Shown here piece after piece: positions 1-8,275 of a stretch of DNA of 56,220 bases. The stretch comes from Oligoflexales bacterium. Lineage in GTDB: Bacteria; Bdellovibrionota_B; Oligoflexia; Oligoflexales; Bog-1112. Position 1 is the first letter of the stretch. The number at the start of each line of letters is the position of its first letter. The stretch covers positions 1 to 56,220 of the forward strand of contig JBGCDR010000152.1 in the NCBI GenBank assembly GCA_045105515.1, read 5' to 3'. The notes beneath the pieces are model-generated. The model saw only the letters and a program-made list of their open reading frames with translations. It was not told the DNA's origin and made no database searches. The position numbers and the translations under genes were made by a program.

Positions 1-114
1 GCGCATGGGCACCCCCAAGATCTTTTGATTTTCCGACAATTATAGCCTTTTTAGAGAAACTGGGGAAATTCGCTAAAGATTATAGTGCTCTAAGCCTTAC
101 ATACAAAGGCGGCG

Positions 115-300
115 GTGTGTTTCCAATCAGGCACTACATACAAGCAGTATAGAGGTAGTGGGAAAGATCATGGGCCTGTACCAAGACCAAATATTAAATA
201 TAATGAAATAAACAAAAATAGCAAAACTGGGCAGACTTTTACAGGAAAACCAAAATATAGAGCCCCTAAACCTAATGAAAAACCAAGTGAAGGGAAATAA
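115..300 (+). pseudogene. Orphan C-terminal tip of a polymorphic toxin, Ntox24-like (predicted RNase)
   Basis: KQYRGSGKDHGPVPRPNIK...KPKYRAPKPNEKP resembles the Ntox24 C-terminal KQYRGxGKxHG.xPRPNVK pattern. The frame is closed by stops shortly upstream, so only the tip remains. The stop lies 6 nt before an immunity-like gene. Confidence 0.55.
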
Positions 301-306
301 AAGGCT

Positions 307-777
307 ATGGACGAAAATATTTTTTTAGATGATTTCAACAATTGGTCCAATGAAAATAATGATTTTTCTTTTAACGACTATATTCAAAGTATATTTTCTA
401 GCAAACAGCTATCCCCAGACCTTTTTTATGCTTTCATGAGACTTTTTTGGCCTGAATTCATCCTATCTAATGGATTCGTATTTTTAAAAGATCCTAATTC
501 ATCAGAAAAATTAGAAAAGTTAATTAAAGGAGGCAAAGATGTTGAGTATTGGGCTAATTTACTAAATGTAGACGGATTTTTTACTGGGACACAACAAGAA
601 GGTGAAGATAATACTATTGAAATATCTAAACGAATCGCAAAATCTCTAGCTTCATCCTGGCATACAAAGCTAAAAAACGAATATCCTAATTTAAAATTCA
701 TTGTTAAAGACTTTTTTGACGAAGAAAATCAAGAGGTTTTTTTGACGTTTTATCAAGTTAAATTTGAAAAATCTTAA
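307..777 (+). CDS. Putative immunity protein for the upstream toxin tip
   Basis: Acidic, aromatic-rich 156-aa ORF (LFWPEF...F...; W..KL..EYP..KF.V) directly after a toxin C-terminus; very AT-rich. Confidence 0.6.
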   Translation: MDENIFLDDFNNWSNENNDFSFNDYIQSIFSSKQLSPDLFYAFMRLFWPEFILSNGFVFLKDPNSSEKLEKLIKGGKDVEYWANLLNVDGFFTGTQQEGEDNTIEISKRIAKSLASSWHTKLKNEYPNLKFIVKDFFDEENQEVFLTFYQVKFEKS

Positions 778-843
778 TAGATTTTTTCAACTAGATAGGT
801 TTTAAATAGGAATTAAGATACGGGAGAAAAAAACAATAAAGGT

Positions 844-1260
844 CTAACTTTCTTGAACAGCTTTCTTCTTAAATTTGGATATAATCAGCTCTTTGCAATT
901 GATTTTTTTGATCAATGTATAAACAAAATCGATTGTATTGATATAAAACCCTTTATCGTTATATAGATGTCTTATTTGCGGATGGTCATCGTAACTCATT
1001 AAAAATGGATCGTTGATTTAGCCAATATTTCCTTTAGTTTAAGATGGTCACAATTGGAGAAAAACTTATTATATAATAGGTCAGCTTTCTTGTAATAAGG
1101 AGGATCAAAGTAAATAAAACTATTTTCAATTTTTAGATATTTAGACCCCCCTGAGAAGAAAATTATTATGCAAAACTTTTACTTTTTTCTTATGTTTTTC
1201 TATTTGTTTGTTTCTCGAAATTAAAGTTATTTTGTTAAATCTACAATCAATCGGGAAGAA
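844..1260 (-). pseudogene. DNA adenine methyltransferase (Dam/D12-class) remnant, 5'-truncated, two frameshifts
   Basis: Manual minus-strand translation gives three pieces: IDCRFNKITLISRNKQIEKHKKKVKVLHNNF, then (shift ~1160) SFIYFDPPYYKKADLLYNKFFSNCDHLKLKEILAK, then (shift ~1018) NDPFLMSYDDHPQIRHLY...KELIISKF...stop at 844-846. DPPY is at 1095-1106. Confidence 0.85.
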
Positions 1261-1353
1261 GTGGGGCACGGAAGACTATCAAATTGCAAATCACCAAAAC
1301 TCTTTTATATTGACCGCTTACAGATTATATTGAAGATGTAACTTATCGCATCA

Positions 1354-1539
1354 ATGCAGTATGGCGCTGCTTCCGTGGCATTGGAAAGTGCAGGAGAAGG
1401 ATATTACTATATTAAATCTAAGCACTCTGAGTTTGTAATGGATGTGTCAGCAGAGAGTCAAAGCAACTGGGCTCCCGTTCTTGTTTATCCACAGAACTGG
1501 AAAAACAATCAAAGATTTATGTTTACTGACGCAGATTAG
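1354..1539 (+). pseudogene. Ricin-B-type beta-trefoil lectin domain fragment (C-terminal remnant)
   Basis: LESAGEGYYYIKSKHSEFVMDVSAES...NNQRFMF matches one RicinB_lectin_2-type repeat (GYY.I...SG..LDV...NQ.W/F). Too short for a full trefoil. Confidence 0.65.
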
Positions 1540-1550
1540 GAGCACCTTCA

Positions 1551-2783
1551 ATGAAAAAATTCAATCGCATATTAATATCGTTATCTCTTATTTTAGCTTC
1601 CTCTAAAGCCTCTGCTACCGATCTTGGTGGCACAATGAATCACTTAAGCAGCAAGAGCAATAGGGATAAAGCTGCTGGTATGAGTCATTCTCATAACGCA
1701 GATGGTTCAAAAAGAAGTAAAGCAGAAGGCTCAGCCATTAGCAGGGTAAACAGAAGCGGAAGCAGAAGCCACTCAAGTGGTGGAGTAAATGCATCTAATA
1801 ACTCCATCCACTATATTCAAAACCATCAAAATATTCATCAGCGCCCAAAGCTCAGTGAACGGGGTAGCTACGCGGAAACCTGTTTTACAGGGGATACACT
1901 CGTAACCGTAAGCAAAGAAAAAAGCACAGAGTTAATTCCTATTAAGGACGTTCAGGTTGGTGATTCTGTAGTTTCTTGTTCGATAGAAGACGGAAGCAAG
2001 CTATGCCATCCAAGGGAAGTCCTAGCAAAGTCAGAAGTACCAATTGAGGACCATCTTTTAGCTATAGGCTTGAAAAAAGGCGAAATAAAAACAACGTTTG
2101 AGCATAAGTTTTATGTGGTTAATGAAGGCTGGGTACCAGCGGAGGACCTACAAATTGGAGATCAATTATTATCTGAAGGTGGCGAAGTAGTAAATATCAA
2201 GAGTATTGAGCAACTAGAAGATTTTGAGGGGTCTACTACGGTCTATGATCTCAAAGTGGATGCTGAAGAGGATCACGACCATAATTACTTTGTCGGCACT
2301 GACAGAGTCCTGGTTCATAACTGTGATATTGCAATAGCTGGTGTAGCTGCAAATCCTGCTGCAGTAGCCCCTGGAGTAATTGCAAGGGGCTGGATGACAA
2401 AGCTAGCTGCTGGGGCCCAATATACAGCTACTGTAGGTAGCGTGGGCCTCACAATGATGAATAAAACCGATGATAATGATGACACGTCTAGAGTGTTTGA
2501 GGAAAATCCTAAACATAGAAAAAATGTAAGCCAAGGAAAGGGAGGTTGTGCGAATCCTGAGCCTACAAACCCTCAAAAAGCCCTAGACAACTCTGTCGAA
2601 ATGGAAGGTAATTCTTCCAGAAGGGTTAGTGTTGATAAAGAAAACGGAGAGTTCTCAGTTTTCGATGAGCACACATCAGGAAAATTTCATGGGCATACAA
2701 GAAGTTGGGATCAACTAAATCAGAGAATGAAAAATGCATTAATAAAATCAGGCAAGGTAACACCAAGGGGCAAAATTAAGTGA
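1551..2783 (+). CDS. Secreted polymorphic toxin: Sec signal peptide, HINT autoprocessing domain, C-terminal BECR-type nuclease (CdiA-CT NC101-like)
   Basis: RBS AGGAG; signal MKKFNRILISLSLILASSKASA; HINT from CFTGDT (1881) to VLVHN|C (2316-2324). C-terminus PTNPQKALDNSV...RRVSVDKENGEFSVFD...FHGHTRSWDQL...NALIKSG.V..RGKIK. Confidence 0.85.
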   Translation: MKKFNRILISLSLILASSKASATDLGGTMNHLSSKSNRDKAAGMSHSHNADGSKRSKAEGSAISRVNRSGSRSHSSGGVNASNNSIHYIQNHQNIHQRPKLSERGSYAETCFTGDTLVTVSKEKSTELIPIKDVQVGDSVVSCSIEDGSKLCHPREVLAKSEVPIEDHLLAIGLKKGEIKTTFEHKFYVVNEGWVPAEDLQIGDQLLSEGGEVVNIKSIEQLEDFEGSTTVYDLKVDAEEDHDHNYFVGTDRVLVHNCDIAIAGVAANPAAVAPGVIARGWMTKLAAGAQYTATVGSVGLTMMNKTDDNDDTSRVFEENPKHRKNVSQGKGGCANPEPTNPQKALDNSVEMEGNSSRRVSVDKENGEFSVFDEHTSGKFHGHTRSWDQLNQRMKNALIKSGKVTPRGKIK

Positions 2784-3121
2784 GCAAGCTTATATATGAA
2801 AATCCAAAGAAGATAACTAAAAAACAAGCTTTGGGATTATTATCTACAGGGGATTCAGACAATGTAAGAAGTGCATTAATTAGTATTTCACTTCATGAGT
2901 CTGATTGGAGATGGGCACAAAATGAATGTCTAAGATTTTTGAACCATGAAGATAAATCGATTGCATCTACAGCTATCATATCTATAGGGCATATTGCTAG
3001 AATCCATGGCTCAATTGACAAGAAGGAAGTTTTTGATGCCTTTGAAGCAATTTCAAACAGGGAAGAATTAAATGAGCAAATAGAAGATACGATTGATGAC
3101 ATAAAAATTTTTGTTAAATAA
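2780..3121 (+). CDS. Cognate immunity protein (helical, HEAT-like)
   Basis: GTGA overlap with the toxin stop; 113 aa with ALISISLHESDWRWAQNECLRFLNHED...AIISIGHIARIHG. Confidence 0.75.
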   Translation: MSKLIYENPKKITKKQALGLLSTGDSDNVRSALISISLHESDWRWAQNECLRFLNHEDKSIASTAIISIGHIARIHGSIDKKEVFDAFEAISNREELNEQIEDTIDDIKIFVK

Positions 3122-3248
3122 TCATAATTCTGTTTTTCAGGGAATCATTGATTATTTGCAAAAAAGCTTTGATATCATCCTAAATGACCAGGAAGATTTT
3201 AAAGAGCCAAGTCAGTCCTTTGCCTAATAATGTATGTAGGATTAGCAA

Positions 3249-3548
3249 ATGATAAAAAATGAAAAGAAAAATAGAAAAGAAACTCTAAGAAAACTTCGCG
3301 AAAAGAAGAAGAGTGATTTAATTGCAACTCTGCCTTTCGCACCAGAAGATGCGAAAAGTTTTTTCGACTTCTTAAATGATAAGCTACCCGAGTTCGGTTG
3401 TAGTCACTCTTTTAAAATAGTCAAGGAGTTCTGTTCTGATAAAAAAATTAATTTCGAAAACATTGAACCTTGGCTCAATAGCAATGGAGCATGGTGCGAT
3501 TGCGAGGTTATTGCAAACGTAGAGCAAGAATACGAGTCATTAATATAA
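3249..3548 (+). CDS. DUF2695 domain protein
   Basis: FDFLNDKL..FGCSHSF...WL..NGAWCDCEVIANV motif; AGGA RBS. Confidence 0.75.
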   Translation: MIKNEKKNRKETLRKLREKKKSDLIATLPFAPEDAKSFFDFLNDKLPEFGCSHSFKIVKEFCSDKKINFENIEPWLNSNGAWCDCEVIANVEQEYESLI

Positions 3549-3774
3549 GTAAGTTCTTGTGTTCATGAGTATTTACAAATTAGTTCTTAATGAGATGACT
3601 GCTTAGTATGATGAAAGTTAACCTTTCAATAATTTTTGGGTAACGCACTCTATAAATTAATTAATCAACTTGATAACCAGCCTTAAGACATATACTCACC
3701 ATATAGTGTGGTCCGAGGGCTGCCCAGGGAGGCAGCATAATTAAACCTTTTTTTACACGCCTAATACTATTAAA

Positions 3775-5103
3775 TTACTTCCAAGTCATCACCAGTATTA
3801 GCTCGTCGCCTACGATCATCTCCCACTGATAATATCTCTGAGTGGTAGTGATATCCTTATGACCATGTACCTGGGAGACTTTAAAGAAGTCGTTAAATTC
3901 GAAAGTTTGGATTGTGATATGAAGCCTTCTAAAATCATGAAGACTATAAAGGTTGAAGGGATAGTTGGAGTCAAGATTTGATTGGGACTCAAGAAATTTT
4001 GCAACTTGGTCATAGGTAACTTCGTCATTCTGATATTCCTTCAATTTGACCATCCCAACCAAAAATTTTGCTAACTCTCCAGATGTGCAACAAGCAATAT
4101 AAGGCCCGGTTTTTGGATCATCTGATTCGCCACCTATCGACCTTAAAATAGCTAGATTTGATATCTTAGCCTTTTTAGCAATTTCAACATGCAAGAACAG
4201 CTTTGGTAAATCTGTTTCCTTTATGGACTTAATGAGAGGATTGGTCTCTAGATACTGTTCAATTTGCTTCTTTCCAACCAAGTCCCCTTGGTTGCACAGC
4301 CAGAGCTTCAGAAACCCTAATTCCAAATGCGGCACAAAGAGTTATTACCCATCTTGACCTTCCTCTTAGTAGGGTTGAAATCCAGCTATTAATCTTACTC
4401 CAATCAGGAAGCTTGTCACCAGGAAGTATCTTTTCCTGATTCTTTGAATTCTCAGGCTCATTGAGGATAGTTGGATATTCGGTAAGTACCCCTCTGTAAA
4501 TTAGAAACTTAAGATACCTTCTAAGTGCAGTTCTAGTTGTATTCCTTGAGCGAGCTGTCTTCATCTTAGCTTCAATGAAACGATTGAAATCTGGAATGAG
4601 CCTACTCCATTTCTTGACATCGTTTTCCCTCATTCTGATGGTAAAGAATGGAAAAACATGCTGAGCAAGCAGTGCCAGATATGATTGGACTGTGGATTGC
4701 CGAGCAGTCTTATGACACCATTTAATGAATTCTGCTTGGTGCCTTAGGAAGAAGTCAGGCAAGTAAGCATCAGGTCTTTCTGTGGTCTGATTCACCCTTT
4801 CCTTCCACATGTTGAGTTCATGGGTGATAAAGTCAGAATTCTTCCCGCCAAGCCAAAAGCAGAGCTTCCTAGGAGTTCTGAACTTACCTTCACCGAGAAG
4901 TTTTATGATACATGGACCTGCTTCTTCTGTCCCCTGAGGACAAACCAGACTGAACAGACCACAAGTGGTGGGCCAGGCTGGGTATGCTCATGCCTGAAAT
5001 AGTTCTGTTTCTTGTTATTCCGTCTTGGGTAACTGCCATATCTAAGTAAACCGAATTCAAAATAGGTGGCTTCTTTGATAATTGTTCGGCCAAAGGTTGT
5101 CAA
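3775..5103 (-). pseudogene. Tyrosine recombinase/phage integrase, frameshifted
   Basis: Catalytic R in FGIRVSEALAV (ORF 4259-4810); HDFRR and HGHKDITTTQRYY in ORF 3775-4335. Removing one G from the G4 run (4284-4287) joins them. A probable N-terminus in 4903-5103 needs a second shift near 4905. Confidence 0.8.
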
Positions 5104-5262
5104 ACCTTTGAAAACAGCTCTAGGGATTTGGGAAGAAGAAGAAATAATTATTCATTATTTTAGTATGTTACAAAATTGGTAGATGAATATATCTAACGAT
5201 ATTTCGTTATTTTGCATAATTTTTTACAGGTAATTTCTAATTTTATGCAATGATTTTGAGAG

Positions 5263-5349
5263 TGGTACCAGCTCCCGGACTTGAACCGGGACGCCCTTGC
5301 GAGCATTGGATTTTGAATCCAACGTGTCTACCAATTTCACCAAGCTGGC
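5263..5349 (-). tRNA. tRNA-Leu (CAA)
   Basis: Reverse complement GCCAGCTTGGTGAAATTGGTAGACACG TTGGA TTCAAAA TCCAA ... long variable arm, GGTTCAAGTCC T-loop, ends ACCA; 87 nt. Confidence 0.97.
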
Positions 5350-5675
5350 TCATAAAGAGATAAACTTCTACCTACTTTGAAGGATGCATTTACCTCGGTA
5401 GATATGTGTAAAGCGGACCATTCCAGTTGTCTATAGAAAACTATTTTACCTAGTCCGCGATTAAGGCAAAAGCCTCTAAAAATATGCATAACATACTGTA
5501 ATAACTATATTATAAAAACTTACTCGCCTAGCAAAGCAATCAAGCAACAGTTATTGTTTCCTCCTTGATATAGTACGGATTTTCATAGGAAATTCTTTCC
5601 CAAATACATTTGCCTAAAATCGCCTAAGCTAATTAGTAGAACTAAACATGCAATAAAAATTGAAAGGGGTGTGTT

Positions 5676-7412
5676 ATGCCACTGCCCTCAAATATGGTAT
5701 CTAAGCTTGGTGGCTTTGCTGAATTTATCATATCTCCTAGCTTTGTTTGGATATGGTGCGGATTCATTGGACTTTATGCGCTAAAATGGTTGACCAATCT
5801 TTATTGGAAAAGCTCAAAAATAAAGTCCCATCTCAGAGACGTGCTAAAGGTATTAGCCTCATTTAAAAATACTGGAGAAATGATAGAAAACTTCAATACC
5901 GTGCATGGAAGGTTCATTCAATCTAGTACCCTCACTACACCGTGGCAAGCTTACCAACATTCACTATTAAAAATATTTGCCGAACAAAACAAAGAAAGTG
6001 GAAATGTCTCGAAGGCAGCACAATACAAAGCAATTAGAGCAACCCGAGACAGCTCTGAGTTCTTTTGCCCACAAACAATCATCTACCCAAGCATCGACCA
6101 AAAACTTTATGCAGCAATTCCTAATCACTTAAGCGGCATGGGCATTTTAGGAACTTTTTGCGGCCTTTCATGTGGCATTTACCTAGCTAGGCATGGCCTT
6201 GCTGGAGGAGCAATGCATGAAATACAGCACGGTCTTGCTCAATTACTAAGTGGAGCATCATTAGCATTTTGGACCTCTATCGTCGGTATTTTTACATCAA
6301 TTGTATTTTCTCGCATCGAACGTAATCGAATGGCAGGAATGGTGGATCTAATAGCTAAGCTCAATCATACCTTTGGCGGGCTAATCCAAACGATAAGCAT
6401 AGAGCAATTAACAAATAAGCAGCTAAGCCAAAACCATCAGCAAAATATCAATCTCGAAAAAATTGTCCAAAGTTTAAAAATAATATATCAAGATCGAGCG
6501 GATGCTAATGAAAAGGTATTAAAACAAATTGCTAAGGAGTTCCACGACACCCTTACCGAATCCTCTGGCAAAGAAATAAAGTATATTGCGACAGCATTCC
6601 AAAAAATTCACGAAGGTCTAAGGGAAACAAAAGATGCTCTGAATTCATCTGGAAAGTATCTTTTGGATTCGGTAGAAGCAAGCACTAAAATGTTTAAGAA
6701 AAATCTACACGAACTCTCTCACCAGTTTCAATCTAACTTTCATTTAACTAATGAGAGCGTGCAACAAACCTTTAAGGATTCTGCAAAAGATATACACATA
6801 TCTCTGCAGAAAAGTGCGTTTGAAATGAGTGATGCAATCAGGAAACCAGCTCACGAACTCGGACAATCCTTTAAGATCCTACAGCAGCAGATTCAAATAA
6901 CTGGGGAAAATATCTCAAAAACTAGTGAGCAAAATGCTGAGAATACTAAAAAAGTTATGGAATCCCACGCAAAACTAAGTGAGTTTATCAACCCACTGAT
7001 CCATGCAGCTCATGCCATATCAAAAGCTTGTAATGAGGCTCAAGCCTCACTTAATATGTCTTCAAGTGCTGCAATAAAAATATCAGAAGCCGTAAAGCAC
7101 ATGGATCAAATCAATAGGCAAACAAAAAACTCTTGGGAGGCCTATTGCAAACGTTTTGAAGGAGTTGATCAAAATCTCAATCACATATTTCAACAAACCA
7201 ACACGAGCCTTCACTCTTATTCAGAAAAAGTTAAGGGTTTCACTTCAGAATTAGACAAACACATGAGTAAAGGTGTAGTAACCCTTGCTGGAGCGGTTGG
7301 AGATCTCAATCAAGCTATCACAAGCTTACCAGAAGCAATTAAATCAGTACGGAAGAATGCAATCAATCTAAATGAAAAAGAAAAAATCACCTATCCAGAT
7401 ACGCGGGTTTAG
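5676..7412 (+). CDS. zorA: Zorya ZorA-like protein (MotA/ExbB-like TM domain plus long cytoplasmic helical tail)
   Basis: N-terminal TM, periplasmic domain, AIPNHLSGMGILGTFCGL and LLSGASLAFWTSIVGI helices, then a ~360-aa coiled-coil-like tail; followed by a MotB-like gene. Confidence 0.8.
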   Translation: MPLPSNMVSKLGGFAEFIISPSFVWIWCGFIGLYALKWLTNLYWKSSKIKSHLRDVLKVLASFKNTGEMIENFNTVHGRFIQSSTLTTPWQAYQHSLLKIFAEQNKESGNVSKAAQYKAIRATRDSSEFFCPQTIIYPSIDQKLYAAIPNHLSGMGILGTFCGLSCGIYLARHGLAGGAMHEIQHGLAQLLSGASLAFWTSIVGIFTSIVFSRIERNRMAGMVDLIAKLNHTFGGLIQTISIEQLTNKQLSQNHQQNINLEKIVQSLKIIYQDRADANEKVLKQIAKEFHDTLTESSGKEIKYIATAFQKIHEGLRETKDALNSSGKYLLDSVEASTKMFKKNLHELSHQFQSNFHLTNESVQQTFKDSAKDIHISLQKSAFEMSDAIRKPAHELGQSFKILQQQIQITGENISKTSEQNAENTKKVMESHAKLSEFINPLIHAAHAISKACNEAQASLNMSSSAAIKISEAVKHMDQINRQTKNSWEAYCKRFEGVDQNLNHIFQQTNTSLHSYSEKVKGFTSELDKHMSKGVVTLAGAVGDLNQAITSLPEAIKSVRKNAINLNEKEKITYPDTRV

Positions 7413-7426
7413 TTTCGAGGATCATT

Positions 7427-8275
7427 ATGAATAAAAAATCCTATGATAGCGAGAATTCAAACGAAGCCCAACAAGGTTTCTGGATATCTGTAAGTGATCT
7501 CATGGCTGGACTAATCTTCATTTTTCTAATTATCCTAACTGTCTTTTCAATTCAGTTTAAAAAAGAACAAAATAGTTTTATTAAAGCCAAAGCCGAACTC
7601 CAGTCTCCCGCAAAAACAAGGCATCATATTCTTTTAGATTTAAAGAAAATACTCAGTAAAAATGGACTTGAGGTAGAGACTTACCCCGAAGAAGGGATAC
7701 TGCGTTTAACCGAACAAACCTTAAGTTTCCCAGCTGCAAAAGCCTTTCCCAATGCCGACAAACTTGGAAATCTCGGAAAAATTGCAAAAGCTTTGACCAT
7801 GGTTCTCCCCTGCCATAGTGATTATCATCGACGAGTGCTAAGCCCTGAGCAAAATTTCGATCACCCTGAGTGGTGTCAACCAATAGAACTAGAATCAAGC
7901 TATAAATGTAAAACCAAATTCAAGGGCTCAATTGAAACAGTCATGATTGAAGGTCACACAGATGCAATGGCTGTTAAAGCAGGAGCAGGTTACCGAGACA
8001 ATCTAGCTCTATCAGCGGCAAGAGCTACAACCGTTCTGCGGCTTCTCAAATTGTGCGACAATCGTTTGGGTGACCTATTTAATCAAAAAGATCAACCGAT
8101 CATAGGAGCCAGTGGCTACTCAGACCTCAGGCCACTCATCAAGCATGATCCTAGAAATCATAGAAATAGAAGAATAGATGTCCGACTTGTGATGGATTTA
8201 CCTGATAATGCTCTGGAACCTGACGATTCCTTGACAAAAAGAAAAACGATCAGTCCTCCAGATCGTCAGCTTTAG
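7427..8275 (+). CDS. zorB: Zorya ZorB-like OmpA/MotB family protein
   Basis: FWISVSDLMAGLIFIFLIIL (conserved TM Asp), then IEGHTD, NLALSAARA and NRRIDVR OmpA-C motifs. Confidence 0.85.
   Translation: MNKKSYDSENSNEAQQGFWISVSDLMAGLIFIFLIILTVFSIQFKKEQNSFIKAKAELQSPAKTRHHILLDLKKILSKNGLEVETYPEEGILRLTEQTLSFPAAKAFPNADKLGNLGKIAKALTMVLPCHSDYHRRVLSPEQNFDHPEWCQPIELESSYKCKTKFKGSIETVMIEGHTDAMAVKAGAGYRDNLALSAARATTVLRLLKLCDNRLGDLFNQKDQPIIGASGYSDLRPLIKHDPRNHRNRRIDVRLVMDLPDNALEPDDSLTKRKTISPPDRQL

Larger units (their letters stand above)
1..5262. mobile_element. Right end of a tRNA-Leu-anchored genomic island (toxin/immunity cargo)
   Basis: Integrase immediately beyond the tRNA 3' end; AT-rich cargo of toxin, immunity and methylase remnants. 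The other boundary (att repeat) is not in the window. Confidence 0.65.

Noticed and set aside
1881..2324. Mobile intein
   Set aside because: No homing endonuclease and not inside a conserved housekeeping gene; it is a pre-toxin HINT domain.
3719..3736. GCTGCC-N6-GGCAGC hairpin downstream of the integrase as an ncRNA or terminator
   Set aside because: Short stem, no adjacent U-tract, no recognisable RNA family.
1..5262. att direct repeat of the tRNA 3' end within the window
   Set aside because: Only a short chance match (GGTACCAGC at ~2132 inside the HINT coding region); no extended copy found by eye.
5676..8275. Flagellar MotAB or ExbBD/TolQR interpretation
   Set aside because: The long cytoplasmic tail, the periplasmic domain between TM1 and TM2, and the coupled EH-signature gene fit Zorya rather than flagellar or Ton/Tol stators.
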